NCBI GenBank assembly: GCA_964234715.1 | Contig: OZ174280.1 | From: Podarcis melisellensis | Lineage: Eukaryota | DNA length: 64,000 nucleotides | Direction: 5' to 3' (one strand) | Shown here: in pieces, positions 38,682-51,354 of the stretch | Numbering within the stretch: the first letter of the stretch is position 1 | Layout of the letters: the number at the start of each line of letters is the position of its first letter | Position numbers and translations under genes: made by a program | Notes under the pieces: model-generated | Database searches by the model: none | Told to the model about the DNA's origin: nothing | Seen by the model: the letters and a program-made list of their open reading frames with translations, nothing else

Positions 38682-38989
38682 CAACATGCCTTGGAGATAT
38701 TGCAGGTTCAGTTCCATACCGCTGCAGTAAAGTGAATTTCAAGCTACGCACTTTTTTTTGGTTTCCAATTGCTACAGAAGTTATGTTTGCACTATACCGT
38801 AGTCTATTAAGCCAGCCCCCCACCCCTGGCTGCAGGGACGGGAGGGGGAAAACTCAGCTCCAGCCCTAGCCAGCTCCACTTCCATGGCCAGACGAGGGGT
38901 GGCGGTGATGGGGACCTTTTCACCTAGAAGCAGCCTGGCTGCCTGCAGCTGCACCCACATCCTCAGCACAGTAAAATAAGGTATGACTG
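38682..38989. mobile_element. Tigger1-like internally deleted DNA transposon
   Basis: Ends resemble the two recalled Tigger1 termini (ggagatattgcaggttcagttcc...gtagtctattaag; aaaataaggtatgactg|ta). Confidence 0.6.
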
Positions 38990-40211
38990 TATTTCCTCAA
39001 ATAAGTGCCCCCCTCAATAACGAGCTGACTACACACCTAACAGGAGAAGGGGGAACTTGGCTGAGGTATGTGGCACAGAAAATAACCTAGGTTATCTCAA
39101 TCCCCCTGTTTTCAAAAAGCACAAATGAGCACCCAGTTTCTGATTTCCCATGCAAAATCATAAGGCCAATGCCATAGTTCCATTTCACTAGACTGAGATT
39201 CAAACCTTTGTGTACCATTTCCCTTTAAAGTGTTCTCTCTCTGAACTATTGGACCGCTCACAGGGACCTTGTTATGCTAAGTTATATTCTTCCTTGTCCA
39301 ACTGGCTTCCTTCCCTCTTCCTTGCACAATGTTTGCTCCAGTCACAAAGACAATACAAAATGTGCTGTACTGCAACAATGCCTGTGTTGACGCTTTGGTG
39401 CCGCAGAAGAACTAACTGTTCTACTGGGGCGGGGCGGGGTTGTCATCTCTCTTTCTTCATGCAAGTCTCCTACCCACCAGGCTATGAAGTAGGCTGACTG
39501 CTGTGGTTAGAATGAAAATTCTTCCTTTCCTGCCTGACCAAGGCTTTTGTTAATGTCCATGGCCAAAAAATGTTCTGCCCAGATGGCTGCTGGCAGCATT
39601 GTGTGTGGCAGGGATTCAAATCCATACCCGAGAGGAGCCCTTGAGATTGTGACTACAGGTGTCAAAGTCACAGTCCACCTGCTTATTGGGCTACAGAATG
39701 ATTGAGAAATGCAGTGGGCTTCTCCTAACAACATACAGGAGGGAGATTGACGGCACAACTCTGTGATACAGGACATGCTTTGAATGCAGATGGAAAATCC
39801 CACATCTCCGATTAAAAAGTACAGGCAGAAAGTCATCTGCCTGAGACCTTGGAAAGTTGCTCCAACCTAACTAACTGAGCTAGCTGTATCAGCAGTTTGA
39901 CACAGTGGTCTGGTTCACATGCCACAATAAACCAAAGTTAAAAACTCTAAAGCTCCTGTTGCACTGTCCCTAGCTCCTGCTGTTATCACACCAAGGACAA
40001 AACAAGCTTGCTGTGCCATCTGAAAGGGTTCAGACAACATAAGCAGTCAAACTCTGGCTTGTTTTATCTGTGGCGCAACATAAATGCGGAAAGAGCACTA
40101 CAAGAACTCTTGGTGTCACCCATTGCAAAGATCTGGCTTAATCACTAAAAACTATTTGGTTGGAAAGACTAGAAAATAAGATCACAATGCTTTAAGGAGC
40201 ACAGGTGATAC

Positions 40212-40435
40212 CTGATAGTTCTGCAGTAGGATGAGGCTGAGGTAGAACTCACTAAAGGCCAGTTTCAGGTCTCTGATGTTCCTGTGCTGAACACGCTCCT
40301 CATGGGACAGGTGGAAGACTGGCATTTTACGTTGCCGCAGAGTGGTGAGACCACTGTTTTCTCTCTGTGCATCCAAAGTAGATTGCAGTTCATTCTGTAG
40401 TGTAGCAAACCTGCGCTGAGCTTCAGCAAGCTTCT
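40212..40435 (-). CDS. XPR1: XPR1 exon 4 ([74 protein letters not shown])
   Basis: 224 nt, SPX domain; aag acceptor, gtatca donor. Confidence 0.97.
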
Positions 40436-41635
40436 CTTTAGAAGGGAAGAAGAAAGCAACAGAGTATGATCATACAATATTACAAATGAGTACCCAGTCA
40501 AGTTTGTCAGGATATTTTCTTAGGAACTCTGTATGAACATATGCACATTATGTTGTATTTTTCTAACTGTCTTGACAGGAAACAAGAGTTTAACACCAGC
40601 ACCTGCAGCTAAAAACTGGAGCTTTCACCAATGAAAATTGGGGAGGGGGTAAAGCACCCATGCTTTTTATGTTTTGTTTATTACTGCTTTGATGGTGTGT
40701 TGTTGTTGTTTAAAAAAAGGCAAAAAATCTGGAGGCTTCTTCCCATGCCAATCAGTGTAGATGGTGTGCCATCCCACAGTCAATTTGAGTTATCTATAAA
40801 ATTTCAAACTCAAATCAAGAGTTATGGAAATGCTTCCAATATTCCCTGAGAATGGAGAACATTTTCACCCTCTTTGCAGGTCTCCAGAACAACTACAAAA
40901 CACTGGTTTTGAACATGAAACCAGTTCGCTTAACATGAGGGGAAATTCATGACCTGCACTCCCTATTTTGGCTCATACTATTACAAACTGTGAATGTATA
41001 CTGGAAAAGTTTCAGCCTCTCTATGTTTTCTCTGAACGCCACTTAAACCTCTGTCTGATCATTTGTGTTGGAAGCAGGCTGCTTTTAGATTCTACAAATG
41101 ACTGGTGCTGCTCTATGAAGGAATTATAGTTACATTTTATTATTCATCATTCTAAAGTACACTGGGGGTGGAGGAGAAACTGGAGGGACCAGAGGTCTCC
41201 CTCTGCCCAGCCCAAAATATTTCTGCCAGCCTCTGCCCATAATCTTTCTGTCTGCCAAAAGTGAGGGCAGAAGTACTGCCAGTGGGATTGGCACCAACAG
41301 TAGTCTGGAGACTCACAAAACAGGGCATATTCCAAGGGTGAGGGCAGGCTGAACTGGTCTGGGATCCATTGGATCCCAAGCCAGCCCCCACTGCCATAAC
41401 TTGATGCCATCTGGCTAAAATTCTACAGCCCATACCCCCAAACCAGAGCCAGCAAAGCAGTGTGGTTTGTGGGAGGGTTAGTAGTTGCATTGCCCAAGTA
41501 CACTCTGTTGCTGTCCAGCTGGGCTATGCTTGTTCCATACCCAGCTTTAAGGGTGACACAAAATATTGGTCCAAATGGCAACTGTATATCTCTAGGAGGT
41601 TTCTTGTATTTCACTACTTCTTCTTTTTCTTCTTC

Positions 41636-41639
<4 letters not shown>

Positions 41640-41686
<47 letters not shown>
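41640..41686. repeat. (TTA)n microsatellite (L2-type tail)
   Basis: About 15 TTA units. Confidence 0.9.
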
Positions 41687-42789
41687 ATTAATTAAATTTG
41701 TATGCCACCTACCCATAGCTCTCAGGGGAGTTCACAACATAAAATTACAATATAAAATACACAATGCTTCAGACTTTTGATTCTTCATCATAAAAGGTGG
41801 GGAAACCAGAACGAACATGATCATTGAACTAGTAGGACTTCATTGGGAGCTACAGTTTCTACTTATGATCTAGTCCCTGGACTAAGTCAAGAGTCCCAGT
41901 CTGCTTTGGGAAGAGGGCAGGGTACACATTTAATAAATGATAATCAAAATAAATGCTTGTCCTCAGTGCCTATGCTGCTCAGAAAAGAAATCTGGAATCA
42001 TATCTGTTGTTTATTAGTACTGTACATGTTATGAAACTTGCTGGCTGTACTATTAAAAGGGAAGCCTCTTTGGCTAAAACACAGGAGAAGCAATAACTTC
42101 TGGGACACCTTCCAGATTCTGTCACTGTCAGTCACATTCCCAGACTGCCCGAAACTTCCTGACCTGAATGAACTTCTATTACTGTGAATCTGTATGGCTG
42201 TAAGGCTGACTATACAAACACATTCTCTCTATATAAACTGAAGGTCAGCAGCCAAGGTGTGGCTAAGGTGTTTGCAATGAAGACAACTAAATATGATAAT
42301 TCAAGAACCTGTCTGTGAAGGACTTTAACCTGCAGAAGAGAGGGTGAACTACATCACCCACTCTTCCGCAAGCTTTGCTAACTTATTCAAGACTTGTGGG
42401 GGGTGGAGGGGGGTGATTGTGGTTCCTCTGTAGTGAGGAGAAAGTATTTTGCATATGTTCAGGTGTACTCATGTCTTAATTATTGCTATGGATTTTCTAT
42501 GTAAAACCAGGCTGAGCACTAGCTGTATGACATAGGGTCTCATCCAATCTTAGTTTAGCACTACGGGGCTCACACACTCCCCACCCCCCAGTGTAGCCCA
42601 TGAGGATGTTGGAAGCTTTTGCTTTAAAAAAACACCTCGTTATATCCAAACTTCGGGGAAGGTTGCTTATCTTAAACTAGATTGGATCTATGCACCCTTC
42701 TTATTTACTAACCAGGTTTTCCCAAGATCAGATACATGTTCTTGACTGTTTCCAGTGGGGTAAAATATAATAATACTAATAATACTAAT

Positions 42790-43550
42790 TATTATTATTA
42801 TTATTATTATTAATTAATTTATTTATTTATACCCCGCCCATCTGGCAGGGTTTCCCTAGCCACTCTGTGTTTTTTTTTTAAAAAATAATATTTATTAAGA
42901 GTTTAAGGATTACAGAAAGAAGAGAAAAACAGAGTTAAACAAAACATTACATTACAATACAGAAAAAAACAAAAAAACACTACCTATCTTAACAAAACAG
43001 AAACAAAAACAATTAAAAACACATCCAATATTTCCATATCTTGTCTTTCATTTACTTCTTTCATCGACCTCACACCTCCCTTTTTTGTATTCTAGTTCAG
43101 TTAGCTATTTCAGCAAATCCTTTCCATCTTTCTCAGTTTTTGCCCTATAATTTGTCTTGACATAATCTAACTTTACTTTTCCTCCTTTAACCGATTAACA
43201 ATCTATTTTTACTTAATCCTTTATAACATTTCTGCTAAAGCCATATAACTTCATTCCAACATCCTTCTAACATTCATTAATTTTACAATATTTCTGTAAA
43301 TAATCTTTAAATTTCTTCCAATGTTCCTCCACCGACTCTTCTCCCTGGTTTCCCTAGCCACTCTGGGCAGCTTCCAACAAAACACTAAAATACAATAACC
43401 TATTAAACATTAAAAGCTTCCCTAAAGAGGGCTGCCTTTAGATGTCTTCTAAAAGTTTGGTAGTTATTTTTCTCTTTGACATCTGGTGGGAGGGCGTTCC
43501 ACAGGGCGGGTGCCACCACCGAGAAGGCCCTCTGCCTGGTCCCCTGTAAC
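42790..43550 (-). mobile_element. L2 LINE 3' end interrupted by an L1 insertion
   Basis: L2 RT C-terminal peptide RAFSVVAPALWNALP (43403-43624 ORF) and (TAA)n tail. Confidence 0.8.
42868..43346 (-). mobile_element. L1-type LINE 3' end
   Basis: Poly(A) tail on the minus strand; 19-bp TSD ggtttccctagccactctg. Confidence 0.8.
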
Positions 43551-44081
43551 GATACGTTACAGAGATACGTTACAATCCCTGTAAGATGCGTTTCTGCAGT
43601 GGCTTCACAAGGAACCTGTAACACTCTGACATGATAACAGGATCTACTGAAGATCCTTGCTGTCTACCCTACATCTGAGATGGATCAGGGCCATCAGAGG
43701 AAGTTACAATATGTGCAGCTTTTTTAGTTTGGAAAAGAGACAACTTAAAAATGTGACTACAGGGGACATGATAGTGTTGTTTGGTGTGGGGGAAATGGAA
43801 AGAGAGAGGTTTTTTTCCACTCTGAAAAAAAAAAATATTTGTACCCCGCCCTCCCTGGCTGGAGTACACATATTAGAACATGGGGTCATCCACTGAAAAT
43901 AAATACTGGTCACCATGCCATATTATTTTAACCAGTTAAACCCATATGAAGAGATGGGCTTCATATTAGAAATGAATCTCCAAATCCCCCAGCTAGAGAG
44001 ATAAGAGAGGGAAGATGTCAGACAGGAATAAGTGTTTTGTTTTAAAGAAGTGGAAGTTCTACAAAGCTCCTGGTGAACCTT

Positions 44082-44183
44082 GTTGTTGTTTAGTCGTTTA
44101 GTCGTGTCCGACTCTTCGTGACCCCATGGACCAGAGAACGCCAGGCACCTCTGTCCTCCACTGCCTCCCGCAGTTTGGTCAAA
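44082..44183 (-). mobile_element. Bov-B 3' fragment
   Basis: Bov-B terminus; 11-bp TSD tggtgaacctt. Confidence 0.88.
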
Positions 44184-44368
44184 TGGTGAACCTTACTTCC
44201 TACTTAAAAGACCAGCTGAGTATGGGAAACCAGTCACAATGACACATATTACACCTGTGTTAAAAGTTCTGCACTGGTTGCCTATCGGTCACTGAACCAA
44301 CGTCCAGCTTCTGCTGTTGACATTTAAACCCTAAAACTTTCACATATAGCTCAATGCTATCCTCTTAC

Positions 44369-44470
44369 CTGAATAAAATGTGTTGATTTTGGCAAGTTCC
44401 TTTTCACAGGTTTGAAAGAATTTCTCTTCAAACTTGGCAAAATACCTTTTTACAGTGTCTTCATCTGTGA
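44369..44470 (-). CDS. XPR1: XPR1 exon 3 ([33 protein letters not shown])
   Basis: 102 nt, ccccag acceptor, gtaaga donor; SPX domain. Confidence 0.97.
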
Positions 44471-44656
44471 CTGGGGGGAGGAGATACAAAAATAAATTTA
44501 AATAAATATTTTTGTAAAGAACTCATAGCACAGAAATTGATGAAATGTTCCATCTTACTCTTTCAAACTTGTAACTGTGAAATTATTTCTCTGATGGAAA
44601 AGTTGTATGTGAACTAGCAAAACTGTCACAAAGGCCTCGGACTTGAAGGAGTATTG

Positions 44657-44691
<35 letters not shown>

Positions 44692-46013
44692 TTATCATGT
44701 GTTGGAATTTATATATCCCCCAGAGGTCTCAGGGCAGTTCATAGAAAAGATCAACATAAAAGCCACAATATAAATATATAATCAAAATAAAAACAACAAC
44801 CCAATACAGTAACACCCCGATCTTTCTAGTTTACATACTAAGAGAAAACAAAAAGGTAAACTAGATGAGCCCAGTTGTGACATACACAACTAGATCCTAG
44901 AAGAGCAATTGACACCTCCTTAGCCTGATTTTATTATTGTCCCTTCTTCCCATGTATATTTGAAAGTAGTTTTCCCATTTGTTCCACCATAAAGGGATTT
45001 GAAACAGCAATCTATATATGAATTCCACCAATGCGCTCAGAATTTGAGCAAGGCAAGCTGACCTCCCACACGAAGGCAATGCTTGGCAATCAGCACTGGA
45101 ACCAATGCTGAACAATTCATGGCGGTTCCATGTGGATCATCATTACGAAAGGACTTATAATGAAGCATGCACACTCTCTTACCATCTCCAATGGTAAGAG
45201 AAAGGCAACCATATAATTCCCCCCAAAGAGGGTAGAGAGAATACTTAAGAAAAGTAAGTTTAAAGTTTAAACTGAAGTATGATAATTTCTGGTTACACTT
45301 TATAATTCCCCCCTGACATTTAAAAACTGAACAATGGAATGTGTCACGCAGACATGTTGTTGAACCGGAAGATTTATAAAACAAATGAAAACAGTTTCTG
45401 TAAGGAAGGATTAGATACAAAAAAAAAAAACCACCACTTCCTCATTGCAAGGGACTAACGTCTTTACAGGGCTTGATTTTACAAGATATGTTCTGTTCGC
45501 AAACGAATATGAACATTTGACGGTTCTTCTAAGAAGACTCCATCAAATGTCTTTAAAAGCTAATTAAGTCTTTCCTTTCCAATATTACAAAAGCATAGCA
45601 AGAAGAGATAAATGTTCAACATCCTTAAGCGCAAGAGAGAAATTTCCCATTGTGGAGAAGCAAAACCACATGACGACGACTGCAAGAGGCAGCATGAAAA
45701 CATTTGCAGAAACTGCAGCAAGTCCTGTTCCTCTTAAACCAGTATACAGGATGTGTGCATGGGTAGAACAGAATGAGGTGCACCAGGGCCTGATGAGGAG
45801 GATTTCAATTTACACAGACCTAAAACTGTACTATGGTAGTGAAGAATATTTGATTAGGGACATCAAAGTTCAAATTCCATGGCTGAGCAGGGCTCAAGAC
45901 TTACAGGCTTACATGGTGTTAAGGATTCATTTTCTTGAGTAGTTGAGGCAAATAAGGGTCAGTTACGCCTTACAAAGTCAGTTCAGACCCAATGCCAGCC
46001 ATAGTTTAATAAC

Positions 46014-46244
46014 TGGTACCTTGGTTTGCAACCGCTTTGGATAACAACTGTTTTGGATTACAACCACGTCAAACCCGGAAGTGTGTGTCCCTTTTTTTGG
46101 ATTACAGCCCATTTTTTGGGGGGGGGATTACAATCAATTTGAGGGGCAGGCCCCATTGGCAGAAGAACGCCTTGGGTTACAACCTGTTTTGATTTACAAC
46201 CGGACCTCTGGAACGGATTATGGTTGTAAACCAAGGTACCATTG
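46014..46244. mobile_element. Mariner/Tigger-type MITE
   Basis: TIRs tggtaccttggttt / aaaccaaggtacca. Confidence 0.7.
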
Positions 46245-47914
46245 TATTGTGGGATCCTGTGCTCCCTCCATGCTCTGCCCCTCTGTTTTACAAGGGCCCC
46301 CCTGTCTCCATTGACTCGTAGATACTATTATGTCTGACCCTTACCAACAGTGACCAAAGAAGCTCCTAAGCTACCTTTTGGAAACTAAATTACTGTACAC
46401 CGTCATTAGGTGATCTCTGTCCATGAAAGGTTACATTTTCAATCAAGCCTCACTTTTGTGCTGGGTATTAGCAGCAAGCAAGTAGCTTTGCTTAAAGCAT
46501 CACCATGTCTATCCGAGTATTTGTTTTCCCCCCACTCACACCATTTTGTTGTGGGGCCTCACTTGCATACATCAATAGTGAACTCATTCTTTAGCGTCTA
46601 TATAGCCAAAATGGCACTATCCATGCAGGGAGGCCTGGTGGAGTCACAAACCGTACAAAGAATCTTTAGGGAAAGGGTCCTGAAAACGAGTAGGAGGCTG
46701 GACCAGCAGAATGAGAAATGAGCCATCTGACGAGTTCCTGGCTAAAGCAGTATACAAAGTTCAAAGCTCATTCTTAGCCACTACACAGAACGTGGTACAT
46801 AGATTTATGGAAAAGCATGAAGGTATTTGAGAGACAAAAGTAAACCTTGAACACAAAGCAGAGCTTAAATTTTATACAAAGATTTCCTCTGCATTCCTAA
46901 GCCGTAAACATCTAAATGGAGCAGGGTCATATTAAAACTGACCTGCACAAACACTTTTCATAACGCTTACTTTCTAATCTGTTTTCACACAGATGCCTAT
47001 TTGCTGGCTTTCAACTGGAGTGCAAGCAATAGAACCTGCCATCAAAAGGTTTCCCTTTGCTCCCTTGGCAGCTCAGTAACTTAACTGTGCTCGAGTAGTG
47101 CTGCTCAAGGCTACTGTGCATTTATTTTGTTCAAAGCCAGCCAGGACAAAGATGCAAAAGCCTTTCTAGGATGCCAAAAAGTTGGCTAAGCAGCTCCATG
47201 ACAATAGATGTAGTTTTCAAAAGGCACCTAGTTGGTTTCCAAAAGAACGCCCTTTCCTTTGGATTTTTTTTTTTATTCAAATCTTTATAGAGTGGTTGCC
47301 CATGGATAGGGCATCTAAGGAAAATCAATCAACATTGCAGGCTTGCTGCTATCTCCCAGAGGTTGCTATCTAGAAGCTGATTTAGTTTGATAGATTAGAA
47401 AAGAACAAAGTGCTTATGCAACAGAAGCTGGAGAAATGTGCCTGATTGGCATTTTATGTTACTTTGATTCACTTAATGTACTTATTATATTTTTATTGCA
47501 TATTTATTTTGTACTAGGAAGTATTTTTATTTGCTAATGCTTTGTGGTTATTGTGAGGTGCTCAGTCTGGTGGCATACAAATATTGAAACAAAACACCCA
47601 CACCCACCCAAAAATCCATCCCTTGCTGCAAAGGCTGAAATAGTTTAAGCTCCTTTCTTACAACATGCAGATTGCAACAGCCCATTGCAGGTTACATGGC
47701 TCATCCTTGAGTAGCTTGAGACGTCTTCTGTAGGAATAGTCTGTGCCATTATGACCATGCTACAACCACCCTAAAACCTGCAGCACACCAATGTGGGAGT
47801 CATTTAGAGAACTGGTCTCTAAGTTAGTTAAGAGATCATTGTGGAAAATTTTCAGATTGACTATACAGTTTGTCACTTATAGAAGAGAAGAAATGAAGTA
47901 AAGAGGAAAGGAAG

Positions 47915-48076
47915 NNNNNNNNNNNNNNNNNNNNNNNNNNNNNNNNNNNNNNNNNNNNNNNNNNNNNNNNNNNNNNNNNNNNNNNNNNNNNNNNNNNNNN
48001 NNNNNNNNNNNNNNNNNNNNNNNNNNNNNNNNNNNNNNNNNNNNNNNNNNNNNNNNNNNNNNNNNNNNNNNNNNNN
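47915..48076. other. Assembly gap (N)
   Basis: Run of N. Confidence 1.
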
Positions 48077-48942
48077 CAATACACCAATATCCAAACTAGG
48101 TCTCATGGCTAAGTTTTAAGTATTAGAGCAACTAATACTTAAAGTGCAAATAATGGATTTAAGACTATTTTGAGTATATTAAAAAAAAAGCGGGGCTTAA
48201 TTCAGCTGCTATGCAAAATTTGTATTACATTGTATTACATTCTTCAACTGAAAGAAAACTGTACTGCAACTTGTTCCAGGGCTTCTGGTTTACTTAAATG
48301 GGGAAAAATCAGGTGCATATCTGTTACAGGTGTATTGGTCATCTATCACATACAGGTCCAGTGCCTATGCAGAGAAATGTTCAGAACTTTCTAAAGTCTA
48401 CAAATTACCACTCCACTCACATGCATCATAGTACCTCATATGAATGCTACGGGGAAGGGCTCTGTTCTGTTCTCCTTTGACTGCCTTGGGAGAATCAAGT
48501 CCCATTCTCCAGTGACCTTAGTCCATGTGCCAGGATGAAAATGCTTCCCATATTTGATGAGTAATGCTGAATTGGTTTTTTGCAAGGCCCGAACCCCAAA
48601 AGATGGAAAATAGGTGGTAGAAATGCAACAGTCATAGAGTTTAAACATTGTACCCAGGACACAAGTCCAGACTTGCAACCAGGTGAAGCAATCTTCCTAA
48701 AGCGGCTGCAGCAGGGCAAAATACAAGACTATAACAGAGCACTGTGTGGTCACCCACATTCTATTACAGTAACCTCTAAGCAGACATACCGTTTCATCCA
48801 GCCTTCATTCAGGCACAAGGCACTGTCAGCTGATCAATGCCACCCAAAGTATGCAGAAATGAATAATCAACTGGGCATATGCATCCCCCAAATCAGCTTT
48901 GAGTCGCTTGTACCTCTTGGAGAGTCTTCTCTATGAGAAAGC

Positions 48943-49380
48943 TGTTGTTGCTGTTGGTGACACCCATCTGTCTCAAGAGACAACAGAGTGCACCTCCAAG
49001 GGCGATGGCAAACCACTGCATTAGCAGCACAGAAGTGACCTCCCTGGGGCGCAGGCCTAGACATGAAGATCCTGGGCTGCCCAGACAACAATACCTGTCC
49101 TTGGCCTCGCTGATGTGGTCCAAAGGAAAAGCAGAGCAATACATTTGGCACCAACTTGGCTGCAAGAGTTGCTGGAAGGAGGCGTAGAAGGTGCCATCCA
49201 ACTGTCTTAAGAACCCCACTCTGGATTTGTGACAGGTTTAACCTTTAGCCTTTTCCTCCCCTGGAAATCTCCCTACAGGCAACCAAGGTTTAGGATTGGA
49301 GTTTTCCTTCTCCTACCTTCCCAGGTTGACAAGTTCCACCTGCCCCTCACTTCCCTCTACAGCACAGGCAGAAACTGCCC
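48943..49380 (-). mobile_element. Non-autonomous RTE-related retroposon (sister of 34975-35613)
   Basis: (CAA)-like tail; reverse-complement similarity to 35260-35610. Confidence 0.55.
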
Positions 49381-50384
49381 TCTTGTGAGAAAGTAGTGTG
49401 TGCATATTTGATATGCCTAAGTTCCTTATTCATTTCTACATATTTAGGCTACTGTTGGCACTGAAGTCATCATGCTTGACTGTGTTGCACCCAAACAAAA
49501 GCACTGGGCTAGATGCAATGGTATCCCAACTCAGAACACCATTCTGGGGTGTGGGTGACCATAGAAAGCTTTCTGGGCCAGAAATTCCTTGTGTTGGTGC
49601 TACCTTAAGCAGATTGCTTCATCACGATACATGGCATGACTTGCACTGGGTAATATCTATGTAAATTGGTTAAACACAAAACCATGTGATTGATGCAGTT
49701 CCATCAACTATTTTTTGTCACTTGGGGTCAGATCTTGACAAAAATCACACTCAGTGTTATTCATACAAGGTAAAAATTTACCCTTTGGGGGTAGCATGAC
49801 TCAAGGCCCATCTTCCCCTTTAGATTCTCTTCCAGCTGTCCTAGTCGTTGCCTCTGCTTAATTTCTGTTTCTATTATTTTTGTTCAGGAAGCATTTTCTC
49901 ACACTCAGGATGCAAAGACTTAATTCAAGTAACGTTGAGGGCACAGAAGTAAATGGCAAGTACAGACTGACATGACAGCTGTCTCCTTTCTAGGAAATGT
50001 GCACAAAGTAGCCTTGTGTCTGCTGCCAAAAATTCACAAAGCAGGTGCATTGCAATAGATCTTATTTGAAAACATGTCTCTGGGAGCATGTTCTATTAGC
50101 TTCCAGTGCCATCCCTTCTAAGATTTAATGTATGTTTTCAATATCTCTCTGCTACGTTTGTGCACCACTTGTTGCCAGGTCTCAGTTTCTAAAAAGTCAT
50201 TAAGGATCTCCTACCACCGCAGGAGATGATGCTCCTTCCCTCCCAAAAAAAACCATGAAGAAAGAGTTTTAGAGAGTACTAACAAATGAAAAAGCAAATA
50301 ACCTGGGGCTGGTGACAACTGTAGTCCAAAAAATCTGGCAACCACCAGGTTGGGAAAGTGATCTAGAACTAAGATCAAGTGTTG

Positions 50385-50532
50385 NNNNNNNNNNNNNNNN
50401 NNNNNNNNNNNNNNNNNNNNNNNNNNNNNNNNNNNNNNNNNNNNNNNNNNNNNNNNNNNNNNNNNNNNNNNNNNNNNNNNNNNNNNNNNNNNNNNNNNNN
50501 NNNNNNNNNNNNNNNNNNNNNNNNNNNNNNNN
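50385..50532. other. Assembly gap (N)
   Basis: Run of N next to a palindromic array. Confidence 1.
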
Positions 50533-50569
50533 CGGGTGTCTTCCCGTGTAAAAGTTGGGGTGTCTAGGC

Positions 50570-50603
50570 GACGTTTCGACGAGGTCTCACTCGTCATCTT
50601 CAG
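50570..50603 (-). ncRNA. Minimal type I hammerhead ribozyme (Penelope pLTR copy)
   Basis: Reverse complement of CTGAAGA-T-GACGAG-TGAGAC-CTCGTC-GAAAC-GTC. Confidence 0.75.
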
Positions 50604-50640
50604 GCTGGTGCTTTCGGAAGCACCAGCCGAAAGCACCAGC

Positions 50641-50674
50641 CTGAAGATGACGAGTGAGACCTCGTCGAAACGTC
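50641..50674 (+). ncRNA. Minimal type I hammerhead ribozyme (Penelope pLTR copy)
   Basis: CTGAAGA core, 6-bp stem II, GAAAC-GTC. Confidence 0.75.
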
Positions 50675-51117
50675 GCCTAGACACCCCAACTTTTACACGG
50701 GAAGACACCCGAGGACACCAAAACCTCGGGAAGACACCCGAGGACACCAAAACCTGCATTCCTGTACCCGTGAAAATCTACGAAAGTATATATATATGTA
50801 TATATGCAGGTTTTGGTGTCCTCGGGTGTCTTCCCGTGTAAAAGTTGGGGTGTCTAGGCGACGTTTCGACGAGGTCTCACTCGTCATCTCACTCGAGTGA
50901 GACCTCGTCGAAACGTCGCCTAGACACCCCAACTTTTACACGGGAAGACACCCGAGGACACCAAAACCTGCATTCCTGTACCCGTGAAAATCTACGAAAG
51001 CACGTATGTATATATGTATATATGTATATATATGCTTTCGTAGATTTTCACGGGTACAGGAATGCAGGTTTTGGTGTCCTCGGGTGTCTTCCCGTGTAAA
51101 AGTTGGGGTGTCTAGGC

Positions 51118-51151
51118 GACGTTTCGACGAGGTCTCACTCGTCATCTTCAG
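51118..51151 (-). ncRNA. Minimal type I hammerhead ribozyme (inverted pLTR)
   Basis: Same core on the minus strand. Confidence 0.75.
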
Positions 51152-51354
51152 GCTGGTGCTTTCGGCTTCTTGTTACTGGAACAGAGCAGGATCTCAGTGT
51201 TTGAGTTCCTATAAATACTGTTGAGGGGGTGTGGTGTATAGCCTCCAATGTTCTGGGCAGAGAGGAAGTTCCCAGGCTAGTGTGCCTTTTCTTCTTTTGT
51301 TCCTTAATTACTTGAGGGATATCCTGAGTGATTTCTTGAGTGATATCCTGAGTA

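Larger units (their letters stand above)
668..44470 (-). other. XPR1: XPR1 gene span (coding exons 3-15; exons 1-2 not found in window)
   Basis: 13 exons with canonical GT-AG sites join in one frame (102+224+150+84+82+188+177+166+195+167+140+222+61=1958 nt). They encode the SPX C-terminal part, the TM core and the EXS domain, ending in IEDTDDEANT*. Confidence 0.98.
50533..51354. repeat. Palindromic array of Penelope pseudo-LTR fragments plus inverted copy of the element 3' end
   Basis: Alternating -/+ copies of 53215-53317 separated by (TA)-rich spacers; 51062-51354 is the reverse complement of 53025-53317. Confidence 0.9.

Noticed and set aside
41423-41780. Poly-Ile/Tyr/Leu ORFs (also 29615-29824)
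   Set aside because: Translations of (TTA)n microsatellites.
47836-50759. ORFs containing X runs
   Set aside because: Artefacts of reading through N-gaps.
50533-51200. CRISPR-like repeat/spacer appearance
   Set aside because: Vertebrate DNA; the repeats alternate in orientation and are copies of the adjacent Penelope pLTR; the spacers are TA microsatellite; no cas genes.
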